Shown piece by piece: positions 38,171 through 47,651 of a DNA stretch of 64,000 nt (positions are counted from its first letter, which is position 1; the number at the start of each line of letters is the position of its first letter). The position numbers and the translations under genes are program-made. The stretch comes from a virus (Duplodnaviria > Caudoviricetes). The notes below the pieces were generated by a model. That model made no database searches and had not been told where the DNA came from. It was given only the letters and a program-made list of their open reading frames with translations. The DNA is taken from positions 64,001 to 128,000 of IMG/VR virus record IMGVR_UViG_3300016471_001002; one strand, 5' to 3'.

Positions 38171-39420
38171 TTTGAAAATTGTTGGGTTTCTGTGGAATGC
38201 TCTAGAGCCAATGTTGATGAAGTACCACCTGTGATGACTTTAGATACTTCATCGAAGTATCCTGTCCCAACTTCTCGTTGGTGTTTTGTAGCCGTATATC
38301 CAAATTGTTCTGAAGCAAACTCTGCTTGTTGCAGTTCAGAATATGCGGCCATTCCTCTGTCCTTGTAAGCACGAGAAAGTTCGAACATTCCATAATTCAA
38401 TGAATGGAATCCGGCGAGTGTGACGAATTGGAATTTGTAACCCATTGCTCCAAGTTCACGTTGAAACTTTGCAATGGTAGCATCGTCGAGCTTCTTCTTC
38501 CAGTTAAACGATGGTGAACAATTGTACGCCAATGGCTTGCCTGGGAATTTTGCATGAATTCCTTCCGCAAATGTTTTTGCTTCTTCGAGATCAGGAGTTG
38601 AAGTTTCCATCCAGATCATGTCCGCGTAAGGTGCATATGCTAATCCGCGGGCGATGCAACGTTCCATTCCTGTTCCGCTAAGGTAATGGAATCCTTCAGG
38701 GGTTCTTTTGTTGGGTTCGATATAAGCATGGTCATACGGATCAGCGTCGCTTGTAATAAGATTTGCAGACTCTGCATCCGTCCTAGCAATGATAACTGTT
38801 GGAACGTCACAAACATCTGCTGCTAAACGAGCAGCTGTTAATGTACGAATAAATTGTGATGTTGGAACAAGAACTTTTCCTCCAAGATGACCGCACTTCT
38901 TTTCAGAAGCAAGTTGGTCTTCCCAATGCACTGCCGCTGCTCCTGCCTCAATCATTGCCTTCATCAATTCATATGCATTAAGAGGTCCTCCAAATCCTGC
39001 TTCTGCGTCTGCGACGATGGGAACCATCCAATGTTTATTGTTATCAGGATTCTCTGCATGCTCAATCTGTTCAGCACGCAAAAGAGCTTGATTAATTCTT
39101 TTGACGATGGTAGGTACGCTGTTTACGGGATACAGGCTCTGATCTGGATATGTGTTCCCTGATAAATTTGCATCTGCTGCGACCTGCCAACCTGAAAGAT
39201 AAATTGCTTCAAGACCGGCTTTTACCTGTTGAACAGCCATTGCACCAGTCGATGCCCCAAGCGCATTGATGTATGGTTTTTCATTGATCAATTTCCAGAA
39301 TCTTTCTGCGCCGAGTCGGGCTAACGTATGTTCGACCCTAGTCTTTCCACGAAGCTTTTCGACATCAGTTTCGTTATAAAGTCTTTTAATGTTTGCAAAT
39401 CTATCTTTCATAATCATCAT
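38167..39420 (-). CDS. aceA: Isocitrate lyase (short type)
   Basis: [66 protein letters not shown]. Confidence 0.96.
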   Translation of the reverse strand: MMIMKDRFANIKRLYNETDVEKLRGKTRVEHTLARLGAERFWKLINEKPYINALGASTGAMAVQQVKAGLEAIYLSGWQVAADANLSGNTYPDQSLYPVNSVPTIVKRINQALLRAEQIEHAENPDNNKHWMVPIVADAEAGFGGPLNAYELMKAMIEAGAAAVHWEDQLASEKKCGHLGGKVLVPTSQFIRTLTAARLAADVCDVPTVIIARTDAESANLITSDADPYDHAYIEPNKRTPEGFHYLSGTGMERCIARGLAYAPYADMIWMETSTPDLEEAKTFAEGIHAKFPGKPLAYNCSPSFNWKKKLDDATIAKFQRELGAMGYKFQFVTLAGFHSLNYGMFELSRAYKDRGMAAYSELQQAEFASEQFGYTATKHQREVGTGYFDEVSKVITGGTSSTLALEHSTETQQFSK

Positions 39421-39472
39421 CCAAAAGCAATGAGGTTAATTTATAGTTTAGTTTATAAATTTATAAAACTTT

Positions 39473-40069
39473 TTAAATTTTGTTTTCTAAAATTGTCTTT
39501 ACGTATTTTCTTAGTAAGTTTTCTCCGACTATTTCGTCTTGCAACAGTTCGAATATCTCTTTTCCATGCTGCTGAATCGCTTGGGGCAATAAGGCGACAA
39601 ACCCCACAAGATCTCCGTCTTCGAGGAATTCTCGCATTTCCGTTCCACTGACTTGCACAGTTTCAGATCTGCTAATCCCTCGCCGGACGATTTGTCCGTT
39701 CGTGAATAATGTTGGAGCAGCTTTTATCAAGCTTTCATCGGTGTACTTTAAGATGTCTTCTTCATCAGAATAAATTGTATAAATGTCGGTTGATCCTTCT
39801 GCTTCTGCTTTTTCTAATTCTAGATAAACTTTGCTGACTGGTATGCCACCATAATCTGGCGTTACGTTTTCAGGTAACGTTGGTTCTATGTAATCCCACC
39901 AAATCGTTTGCATGGTATCGCCGCTAACCTTTAATTCCCCTGATCTGGTCCTGTCAGATGTAGATACAAAAAGTTTAACGATGTCATTTTCATTTGACGC
40001 AATTCTAACAAGACCATCATGCCCAGCATGATAAGGTTTTGCAGACATAGGAACTAAACCAATCTTCAT
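39473..40069 (-). CDS. HxGH nucleotidyltransferase (cytidylyltransferase/NMNAT-like)
   Basis: KPYHAGH, VSGTEMR; ATG at 40069. Confidence 0.75.
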   Translation of the reverse strand: MKIGLVPMSAKPYHAGHDGLVRIASNENDIVKLFVSTSDRTRSGELKVSGDTMQTIWWDYIEPTLPENVTPDYGGIPVSKVYLELEKAEAEGSTDIYTIYSDEEDILKYTDESLIKAAPTLFTNGQIVRRGISRSETVQVSGTEMREFLEDGDLVGFVALLPQAIQQHGKEIFELLQDEIVGENLLRKYVKTILENKI

Positions 40070-40101
40070 AGACCTATATTTATGTAGCAATAGTAATAAA
40101 T

Positions 40102-40536
40102 TTGATGATTATGTTTATTAAACCAGCTATATCATGCGGAGCAGTTGTTTATAAGAAAGAACAAGGAAAAACTTTTGTTCTTCTTGTAAAGCAATCTGGA
40201 CATACGCTAGGCTGGGGGATCCCAAAAGGCCATATGGAGCCTGGAGAAACTTATTCAAAAACAGCAATTAGAGAAGTAAAAGAAGAAGCAGGAATCGATA
40301 TTAAAATTTTAACTCGTTTGCCTCATGCTACTTTGACAAGAAAAAATTATAAAAAAATCGTTGTTCCTTATTTAGCTATTCAAATTGATGATTCAGTTCC
40401 TAGATGCGATCATAAAATGAGCGAAGTGGTCGACGTTAAATGGTTTGATGCAGAATTTTTACCTCAAATATACCCTTATCAAAAACCAATTATTGATGCT
40501 GCAATGCTCATCTTAGGAGGATATGTCAATGGATAA
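40102..40536 (+). CDS. NUDIX hydrolase
   Basis: WGIPKGHMEPGETYSKTAIREVKEEAG NUDIX box. Confidence 0.92.
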   Translation: MMIMFIKPAISCGAVVYKKEQGKTFVLLVKQSGHTLGWGIPKGHMEPGETYSKTAIREVKEEAGIDIKILTRLPHATLTRKNYKKIVVPYLAIQIDDSVPRCDHKMSEVVDVKWFDAEFLPQIYPYQKPIIDAAMLILGGYVNG

Positions 40537-40774
40537 ATTCATTTTAGATGAAGCTATATCCATTGTTTCATCTTATGTGGGCCCGACTAATAATTGGATG
40601 ATTATAAAAAAGGAATTATTAAAAACTCTATCTCCACAAGATAGAATGTATTTTTCTACAAGAGATCCAGTCACGAAGAAGCAAACGATGAATACTTTTG
40701 AAAAAATCGTTGCAGAAAAATGGCGCGACAAGACAGGAATATACCCCATACTTATTGACCGTAATGAAAGATGA
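40523..40774 (+). CDS. Hypothetical protein
   Basis: ORF track; coupled overlap. Confidence 0.5.
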   Translation: MSMDKFILDEAISIVSSYVGPTNNWMIIKKELLKTLSPQDRMYFSTRDPVTKKQTMNTFEKIVAEKWRDKTGIYPILIDRNER

Positions 40775-41678
40775 ACAAGAAATTATAAGAGAATTTATTA
40801 GAGAGTCTCTTTTGGTTGAGGATGGTGCTTCTTTTCGTCGCAGCATGGGCGCTGCGGTTGGAAAACTTAAAGATGTTGCAGTGGGAGAATTTAAAAATGT
40901 CTTTGCTGCGGTAAAACAGCTTGCTGGAATAACATTTGAAGCGGTCAAGGAAGTTGGATCTTTGGGTTTATTCAAGGCTAACTACGATAAAGTAAAAGAA
41001 AATTACCAAAAAAACCTTCAAGAAATCGACTTCAAATATGGCGATGCTATTCGTGAGGCTAGAGGGAACGTCGATATTGCACTAGCACCTTTAAAAGCAG
41101 CAACAAAAGCCGGTTTTGGAGCGACTGCTCTTGCGTTTTTTGCAGTTAACCCGTTGGCTTTCATTGCAGCAGGAGCTGCTGCTTCCGTTGCAGGAACTGG
41201 AATAAAAAAAGCTGCTGAAAAAGGAAAAGAAGTCATAGATAAAGCTGAAAAAGCAATTGATAAAATGGCTTATGGTGAAAAAGAAGCCGCTGGTGCAACA
41301 GAAATCACAAATGAGCAATGGGTGAAAGACGCGAAAGCTGACGTGTTGAAGGCGTCAGAAAGCTATTACCAACAAATAAAAGAGCAAATTAACAAGGTTT
41401 TATCTGCTTCTAAGATCGAAGATTTAGGTTTACCAGCTGAACTAGTAAAAAAATTGCAAACAGATGAAAAGAATAAACAAATTGTCCTAAAAGCCAGCAA
41501 AGGTATGGCGTTGAATTCAATTCTTTCTTCTGTAAAGCAAGATAAACAAAGAGTTATCGATGATGCTAAGAAAGCAGGATTATCAGATAAGATAATTTAT
41601 GATAGCAAAAGTTACATAAAAATTTATGATAAGCTCATCAATGAAATTAATGCAGCATTAAAATCTGCAGCGGCATGA
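40764..41678 (+). CDS. Helical membrane-associated protein with 'IIREFIRESLLVE' N-terminus
   Basis: ATG 40764; central hydrophobic Ala/Gly hairpin. Confidence 0.6.
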   Translation: MKDEQEIIREFIRESLLVEDGASFRRSMGAAVGKLKDVAVGEFKNVFAAVKQLAGITFEAVKEVGSLGLFKANYDKVKENYQKNLQEIDFKYGDAIREARGNVDIALAPLKAATKAGFGATALAFFAVNPLAFIAAGAAASVAGTGIKKAAEKGKEVIDKAEKAIDKMAYGEKEAAGATEITNEQWVKDAKADVLKASESYYQQIKEQINKVLSASKIEDLGLPAELVKKLQTDEKNKQIVLKASKGMALNSILSSVKQDKQRVIDDAKKAGLSDKIIYDSKSYIKIYDKLINEINAALKSAAA

Positions 41679-41720
41679 AATTTTCTAAACATATCGAGCG
41701 CATCCTGTATAGTTTACAGT

Positions 41721-42026
41721 ATGCCGAAACGACAACAAAAAAATTATAACGTGGACATCATGCAACCAGATGAACTTGGAGAGCTCAAGAAGCTTGTCAA
41801 GGAATTTGTGTCTAGAATTGAAAATGTCGACAACGAAATTGAACTTTTAAAAAGCGATAGAAAAGAACTCATTGAAGAGTATTCTACAAAGCTTGACTTG
41901 AAAGTACTTCAAGCCGCAATGAGAGTTGTTAAGATCAAGCAAGGCGTTGCTCATAAAGACACGTTTGATCTTTTCTTAGAAGTTTTAGATCCAGAACCAG
42001 GATCTGATTCAGCGAGTGAATCATGA
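41721..42026 (+). CDS. GapR/DUF2312-like (phage DsbA-like) DNA-binding protein
   Basis: LVKEFVSRIENVDNEIELLKSDRKELIEEY..LDLKVLQAAMRVVK. Confidence 0.65.
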   Translation: MPKRQQKNYNVDIMQPDELGELKKLVKEFVSRIENVDNEIELLKSDRKELIEEYSTKLDLKVLQAAMRVVKIKQGVAHKDTFDLFLEVLDPEPGSDSASES

Positions 42027-42403
42027 CTAAAATGAATAAAAATGAAAAAGAACAAGATGAAGGCTTAAAGCCTAAGAAGAACTTTTCTTTAAAACTTTCA
42101 AGAAAAGAGCTTGTTCATCTACGAGACTTATTCGGCGTTTTATTGCCAGCAGACATGAAGTCTACCATCAGTCAAGCTCTTGCATCTAGTCAAGACAGAC
42201 AGCTCATAGAATCAAAGCTTTGGAACAAGATCATCAGCTTGTGTAATGAAGCAGAAATTCCTCTAGGAGATGAAGCCCCAGATTTTATCGTAACAATTTC
42301 TTCGACTCCGCAGCTTGGCGTTTTTGAACTTATCTCTGAAGAAGAAGAAATTGCTGCTGCTATCGGTCAACAGCTATTAGCTGAAGCTGCGGAGGATGAA
42401 TGA
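42023..42403 (+). CDS. Hypothetical protein
   Basis: ORF track; coupled overlap. Confidence 0.55.
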   Translation: MTKMNKNEKEQDEGLKPKKNFSLKLSRKELVHLRDLFGVLLPADMKSTISQALASSQDRQLIESKLWNKIISLCNEAEIPLGDEAPDFIVTISSTPQLGVFELISEEEEIAAAIGQQLLAEAAEDE

Positions 42404-42804
42404 AATACTCGATAGGCCAAATTTTGTATATTCTAATGAATCGTGAAACGAAGATATTACCCGTTCAGGTAATTGAAGAAATTACAAAAAAAAGCTTAAA
42501 TGGAGAATCAACTAACTATATCGTAAGAGTAGGATCAAAAGGAGAAGCAACGTCATTGTCAGACATCGACGGAGAAATATTTGATTCTATTATTGTTTTG
42601 AGGCAAACTCTTCATGAAAAAATCATAAAGATGGTTGATTCTGTCGTAGAAAATTCTGAGAAAAGAGCAAAAGAATGGTATCAAATTGATGATGTTGATT
42701 CCATCATAAGTGAGCCAATTGAAAAAGCTATAGAAATTCAGCAGGATGATGCGGTGGTTATTTTGCCAGATGGAACAAAAGCGAAAATAAAAATGGCAAT
42801 TTAA
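42400..42804 (+). CDS. Hypothetical protein
   Basis: YSIGQILY SH3-like start; coupled overlap. Confidence 0.55.
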   Translation: MKYSIGQILYILMNRETKILPVQVIEEITKKSLNGESTNYIVRVGSKGEATSLSDIDGEIFDSIIVLRQTLHEKIIKMVDSVVENSEKRAKEWYQIDDVDSIISEPIEKAIEIQQDDAVVILPDGTKAKIKMAI

Positions 42805-42815
42805 GGGATAAATTT

Positions 42816-43058
42816 ATGACAGAACAATCCAGCGATGTTTATAAACACGTTTATCAATCATTAAATGAAATTAAGAAAAAGTTGACTGAGATGTCATTTA
42901 TGGATTTGTCACAAATTCATATAGACCAAGAATGGTCATGGATGCCATATGTCAAAGATCATATTGATTTTTTACTCGAACAAACGAATGGAGTTCTTGA
43001 AAGCTTGAAGGATTCTCCTCCTCCTTCCATCAGGAATATCGAAAATATCGATCAATAA
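42816..43058 (+). CDS. Hypothetical protein
   Basis: ORF track. Confidence 0.45.
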   Translation: MTEQSSDVYKHVYQSLNEIKKKLTEMSFMDLSQIHIDQEWSWMPYVKDHIDFLLEQTNGVLESLKDSPPPSIRNIENIDQ

Positions 43059-43141
43059 AAATCGTTTATTAAAAAAAATCGCTTTTGAAATGCGCGAATA
43101 GCTTTGTGCAAACTTGCTTCTTTTAGTTATAATGTAAATCC

Positions 43142-43855
43142 ATGGACCGCTCTGAGCTAAAAAAAGCCCTAAAGCTCGCAAGAAATATCGTAATGACTCA
43201 TGGCATTACGAATCACATGACGGAACATTATAAAGAAAGCCTGTTAAGATATGACGAAAGTGAATACCATGATCATAATCAATATGAATTTTTGCTAGAT
43301 CCAAAGCGTTCAGGCTGGAGCAATGGAAATTTTGTTTGTTGCTTAAATGTAGGTTATGAGTCGGGAGAAAACGTTCTCGTAGCCGGAGGGTTCTATCGAG
43401 ATTATTTTCGAAGGATTTCGATCCGTTACGGAAACTCAGAATTCTCTTTGGAACAGGTAAAAGAAAGAGAGAATTTTATCAATTCGCTGCTGATGGTTGC
43501 GGAGATGATTGAATCTTGCATCCCTCAAAAGATTACCTTGACAGTTGAGACGCCCGAAGAGGTAACAAACCGTAAAAGGAAAGAACACGAACAGAACGTA
43601 GGGTTTCAAATCTACCATGAGCTTGGTAGTTCAAGCTTTAAAAACCTCCGAACGGGCGGAAAAGGCCGAATTTGTAGGATCCCAGATTCATATCTAAACG
43701 TCCACGAAAACATGCCAGAAGCAGGAACGTATCGATATACACATATTAACAAACGTGATCGCCGCGGAAGACCAACGAGTCATTCGAGGTATGTTTTTAA
43801 CGTTTCCTTGGCTTTCAATGGCGATTCTTATGTGAAAATTTTTAAGGTTGATTGA
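43142..43855 (+). CDS. Hypothetical protein
   Basis: ORF track; GTGCAA-N16-TATAAT at 43106-43133. Confidence 0.55.
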   Translation: MDRSELKKALKLARNIVMTHGITNHMTEHYKESLLRYDESEYHDHNQYEFLLDPKRSGWSNGNFVCCLNVGYESGENVLVAGGFYRDYFRRISIRYGNSEFSLEQVKERENFINSLLMVAEMIESCIPQKITLTVETPEEVTNRKRKEHEQNVGFQIYHELGSSSFKNLRTGGKGRICRIPDSYLNVHENMPEAGTYRYTHINKRDRRGRPTSHSRYVFNVSLAFNGDSYVKIFKVD

Positions 43856-43885
43856 GTGCAAAGTTCACCACCAAAATGGTAGTAT
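43856..43885 (+). promoter_or_regulatory. Putative early/middle promoter
   Basis: GTGCAA-N18-TAGTAT preceded by TGG. Confidence 0.55.
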
Positions 43886-43891
43886 AAGACC

Positions 43892-44473
43892 ATGGGTATT
43901 GGAAAGATTGACCTCCACGAGGCAGAATCCATCGCAAATAAAGTTCGACAGCACATCTTCCCGGCAATGGACCGCGTCGAAGTAGCTGGTTCAATTCGCC
44001 GACGAAAAGAAATTGTCGGTGACATTGAGATCTGTGGCATCCCTGGTGATCGTGAACGCCTCATCTCCCTCCTCAGTGACGTCGGTCAACACATCAAGCC
44101 CGGTGTTCCAGGTGCCATTCCATGGACTCCTAAGGTCTCTGCCAAGTACCTTCGTGTTCGATTGGCGGAGGGGATGAACCTCGATGTCTTCCTGGCGACT
44201 CCTGATAACTGGGGTGGTCTGTACATGATGCGAACTGGTAGCGGAGCTGGACCAGACGGTAATCCATTTCATGGATTTATCCCAGGAATCTTTGGTCGAT
44301 GGAAGAAGATGTCCGGTGGCGGTCGTATGACAGATTGTATGCCAACTACAACGGATGGCACCCAACTCCTTGTCGCCGAAGAACAGGATTTCTTCGATCT
44401 TCTCGAAATGGATTTCGTTCCTCCTCAGGAACGTATGTCCAAAGGTGCAATTAAGAAGTACGCTAAGGTATAA
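43892..44473 (+). CDS. Minimal family X DNA polymerase-like nucleotidyltransferase
   Basis: VAGSIRRRKEIVGDIEI, LDVF, RTGSG, EEQDFFDLLEMDFVPPQER. Confidence 0.8.
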   Translation: MGIGKIDLHEAESIANKVRQHIFPAMDRVEVAGSIRRRKEIVGDIEICGIPGDRERLISLLSDVGQHIKPGVPGAIPWTPKVSAKYLRVRLAEGMNLDVFLATPDNWGGLYMMRTGSGAGPDGNPFHGFIPGIFGRWKKMSGGGRMTDCMPTTTDGTQLLVAEEQDFFDLLEMDFVPPQERMSKGAIKKYAKV

Positions 44474-44480
44474 TCTAAAC

Positions 44481-45311
44481 ATGTCAATCCTTTGTATCGA
44501 TTTCATGAATCAATGTCATCGTGCTCGATCCGGATTCCAGGTCGGGCCTGCCCCTGTCGTCTTCAACTTTTTCAGGCAGTTCAAGTCTCTCGTTGATCAA
44601 TTCAAACCGAATCGAGTTTATGTGGTCCTCGAGGGCCGACCGGTTAAGCGCTACGAACTTCTGCCCGAGTACAAGGCCACACGTCGAGTTGAGGAGGACG
44701 ACCCCAAGTATGCAGAGCTTCAAAAGTTCTTCAAGCAAAAGGATCATATCGTCGATCTCCTGACCAAGCACTTCCCTGTCTCAGTCGTTCGGCACCCTAC
44801 ATCTGAGTGTGACGATACTATCTACAATCTCATCGATCGTTCCACCACAGCGGTGCCATGGACTGTAGTCTCCAATGACTCAGATTTTACCCAGTTAATT
44901 CAGAAATATTCTCATGTAAAAGTATGGAATCCAATTAAGAAAGAATATCTGGAGGCACCTGAGGATTACGATTACATCACCTGGAAGTCCCTACGTGGTG
45001 ATGGATCAGACAACATCCCTGGCATCCCCGGCATCGGCGACAAGACCGCAGCTGATTTGGCTACCGACCCTGACAAGTTAGCAAGGTTTCTTTCTGACCC
45101 CAACAATGCGGCACAGTTTCAACGCAACTATGAACTTATTTCGTTCAAGGAGTGGACCGAGGGTGAGCGGATGGAAATGACTTCTTCATCTCCGATTTGT
45201 AATTGGGATGCAGTGAAAGTTGCCTTTGACGTTTACGGATTTAAATCTATCGTTAAAGAAGAAGCTTGGAATAAGTTTATTGGATCTTTTTCCTCGCTTT
45301 GGGGTTCTTAA
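44481..45311 (+). CDS. 5'-3' exonuclease / RNase H (PolA N-terminal-like)
   Basis: CIDFMN, YKATR, ECDD, VSNDSDFTQL, LRGDGSDNIPGIPGIGDKTA; ATG 44481. Confidence 0.9.
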   Translation: MSILCIDFMNQCHRARSGFQVGPAPVVFNFFRQFKSLVDQFKPNRVYVVLEGRPVKRYELLPEYKATRRVEEDDPKYAELQKFFKQKDHIVDLLTKHFPVSVVRHPTSECDDTIYNLIDRSTTAVPWTVVSNDSDFTQLIQKYSHVKVWNPIKKEYLEAPEDYDYITWKSLRGDGSDNIPGIPGIGDKTAADLATDPDKLARFLSDPNNAAQFQRNYELISFKEWTEGERMEMTSSSPICNWDAVKVAFDVYGFKSIVKEEAWNKFIGSFSSLWGS

Positions 45312-45324
45312 TAATTAATGATTA

Positions 45325-45600
45325 ATGAAATCATTATTTTTTCTTCTATTTTGCTCAGGTTGTGGAACCGTGTGGGGATCTCAAGCGACGACGATAGAAC
45401 CTCTACCAATTAAATTTGGTGGGTTTAAAGATAGTTCGATTGAACTTGCGATACCTCTTAAAGTAGAGAAGAAAAAATCAGGAACAGGGTATCGCTCGCC
45501 AATTGAGATTAGGATTAGGGCTTTGCTTACAACGCCAGACGACGTTCCAGTTCCTATAATTCCATCGGGATGTGAAGGTAGAGTAAGAGTTAGGTGGTGA
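45325..45600 (+). CDS. Putative lipoprotein
   Basis: MKSLFFLLFCSGC lipobox-like; ATAATTA at 45311. Confidence 0.45.
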   Translation: MKSLFFLLFCSGCGTVWGSQATTIEPLPIKFGGFKDSSIELAIPLKVEKKKSGTGYRSPIEIRIRALLTTPDDVPVPIIPSGCEGRVRVRW

Positions 45601-45871
45601 TAGGAATTAACCATCCTTCGCCTGTCCATCCGCTAGTACCATTTGAAGTTAAAACCCGATAGGCTCCATTTTGCCATTCAGGCGTTAGGTATTTGTCTTG
45701 AATTTCTTTATCTGTAGGCTTTCTTGCCTCTATGATCACAAGGACGTCGTCAGAATATATTTTATCAATATCGTCATCGACTTCACAAGCGTATGAAGAC
45801 CAAATAATCAAACCATCACAATCTGGCTTGCATATTGCAAGAGTGCCAGGTTTTAGAAGCTTTCTAGACAT
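45590..45871 (-). CDS. Small SH3/KOW-like protein
   Basis: LKPGTLA, YRVLTSNGTSGW. Confidence 0.55.
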   Translation of the reverse strand: MSRKLLKPGTLAICKPDCDGLIIWSSYACEVDDDIDKIYSDDVLVIIEARKPTDKEIQDKYLTPEWQNGAYRVLTSNGTSGWTGEGWLIPITT

Positions 45872-45936
45872 TATATAGATTTTATATCAATCATTTAACG
45901 AAATGTTTTAGATATTTATAGTAAGAGGAGATTTCC

Positions 45937-46476
45937 ATGAAAGAAGAATACAATAAAATTCTTGCAGAAACCAAGCAAGAATTTCCAGACTTTGAAATCA
46001 TCGAGAAAGAAAAATCCGTGTTGATGAAGTTCATCGATGCGGCATTGAAGATCATAACTTTTGGACAGATGAAACTCTTTATGACGGGTTTTATCACCAC
46101 GATGGGAAATAAAGTTTATGTTCCGAGCAGCTGGGAAAACGCTACAATAACTAGCAAGGCCGAGATTATCAGGCACGAAAGAGTTCACATGCGTCAAGCC
46201 AAGAGGCACGGAAGATTCTTGTTCTCAGTTGCGTACCTTTTAGTTCCATTTCCATTGGTGTTTGCACGATGGCGCAAAAAGTTTGAACAAGAAGCTTATG
46301 AAGAAAGCCTCCGCGCTATTTACGAATATCATGGAGAAAAGGCTTTCACACCGGCTTTAAAAGAAAATATGATTGCTCATTTCACCACGGCACAATATTT
46401 TTGGATGTGGCCTTTCAGGAAGTCCATCGAGGCTTGGTATGATGCAGCAATAGAAAAAGTAAAGTCATCTAAGTAA
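45937..46476 (+). CDS. Zincin-like metallopeptidase
   Basis: IRHERVHMRQ (HExxH) with downstream FEQEAY. Confidence 0.65.
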   Translation: MKEEYNKILAETKQEFPDFEIIEKEKSVLMKFIDAALKIITFGQMKLFMTGFITTMGNKVYVPSSWENATITSKAEIIRHERVHMRQAKRHGRFLFSVAYLLVPFPLVFARWRKKFEQEAYEESLRAIYEYHGEKAFTPALKENMIAHFTTAQYFWMWPFRKSIEAWYDAAIEKVKSSK

Positions 46477-46497
46477 ATTAAATTAAAAAACATTATG

Positions 46498-46529
46498 AAG
46501 CAGAGAGGATACCCTCTCTGCTTTTTTTT
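46498..46529. terminator. Probable bidirectional intrinsic terminator between convergent genes
   Basis: AAGCAGAGAGG-ATAC-CCTCTCTGCTT plus T run. Confidence 0.8.
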
Positions 46530-46543
46530 ACATCATGTTTTTC

Positions 46544-46774
46544 TCAGCACGGATTATTCTTATACCATTCTATCATTCGTAGAATCTCTGGAACTTGGTG
46601 ATCGTCACAATCCTTGTATGACTTACCCAGACGAGATTTTAGTCTCTCCCATATGTGGGCATAAGAATTACGCTCTTTGAGAAACTTGCAGGGAGGTAAT
46701 TTACCCTTAAGATGATCTCCAGCATCTTTTGCCGCTGTTCTAATAACCTTAATATTTTCTTCCGATAAAGGCAT
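46544..46774 (-). CDS. Small hypothetical protein
   Basis: ORF track; RNSYAHIW..SYKDC. Confidence 0.55.
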   Translation of the reverse strand: MPLSEENIKVIRTAAKDAGDHLKGKLPPCKFLKERNSYAHIWERLKSRLGKSYKDCDDHQVPEILRMIEWYKNNPC

Positions 46775-46894
46775 GAATCAAATATTACATTTGATTACAA
46801 AAATCTATAAATCTCAAGAACAAAAAGAGAATCTCGAGTGAAATACTATAACTATAATTAAGCTGGATTTTCAACCGCCAGCGAGGAGTCTCTA

Positions 46895-47620
46895 GTGAAA
46901 AATTTCATGAGCTCGCTAATCTTGGGGTCGTTCTTCTTCCTGGTAGGTTGTTGTTCATCTTCGCATGTTCAAACTCCTAAAGTGAGTAATGTTTTAAACG
47001 AACATGAAATGCAAAGATCTTCTCAGATAGAAAACGTAAAGAAAATAAAAAGATTGACAGTCGCACTTACTAGTTTAGACACTTCAGATCAAATGATCCA
47101 TTGTGCTGCCATTTGGATTAATCGCGGAATGTTGTTAACTGCAAATCATTGCGTTAATAAAGATGAATTGATAACGTATATAACTTATGATGAGCTTAAT
47201 GAAAGCTCATTCCATTTAGCTATAGTAAAATCGAACGATGAAATTAACGATTTGGCGCTTCTTTTAGTTGACCCGAGTTCAGAACCGCCTCATGATGTCG
47301 TCGAAATAACTGACGAAATTGTTGAGCCTGGTGAAGAAGTTAACATCATGGGCCACACAGTCGGGTTAGGATGGACTTTTTCTAAAGGATATGTCTCATC
47401 AATAAGAAATAACTTAAAAACTCCGGATTTATTTCCCACGGAAAAAGTTATTCAAATATCATCACCAGCTTGGCTAGGAAATTCTGGCGGTGGTGCGTTC
47501 GATTTGAATGGACATCTTGTAGGATTATGTTCATATATTTCTACTTCAGGACCTTTTTTAACTTATTTCATTCATAAAAACACGATTGTTAAGTTTCTTA
47601 TGAAAGAAGGTGCTATATAA
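46895..47620 (+). CDS. Trypsin-like serine protease, lipoprotein
   Basis: LVGC lipobox; LTANHC, DLALL, GNSGGG triad. Confidence 0.88.
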   Translation: MKNFMSSLILGSFFFLVGCCSSSHVQTPKVSNVLNEHEMQRSSQIENVKKIKRLTVALTSLDTSDQMIHCAAIWINRGMLLTANHCVNKDELITYITYDELNESSFHLAIVKSNDEINDLALLLVDPSSEPPHDVVEITDEIVEPGEEVNIMGHTVGLGWTFSKGYVSSIRNNLKTPDLFPTEKVIQISSPAWLGNSGGGAFDLNGHLVGLCSYISTSGPFLTYFIHKNTIVKFLMKEGAI

Positions 47621-47651
47621 TATTGCGTTTTTTCTTGCAGGAGGCTACATC

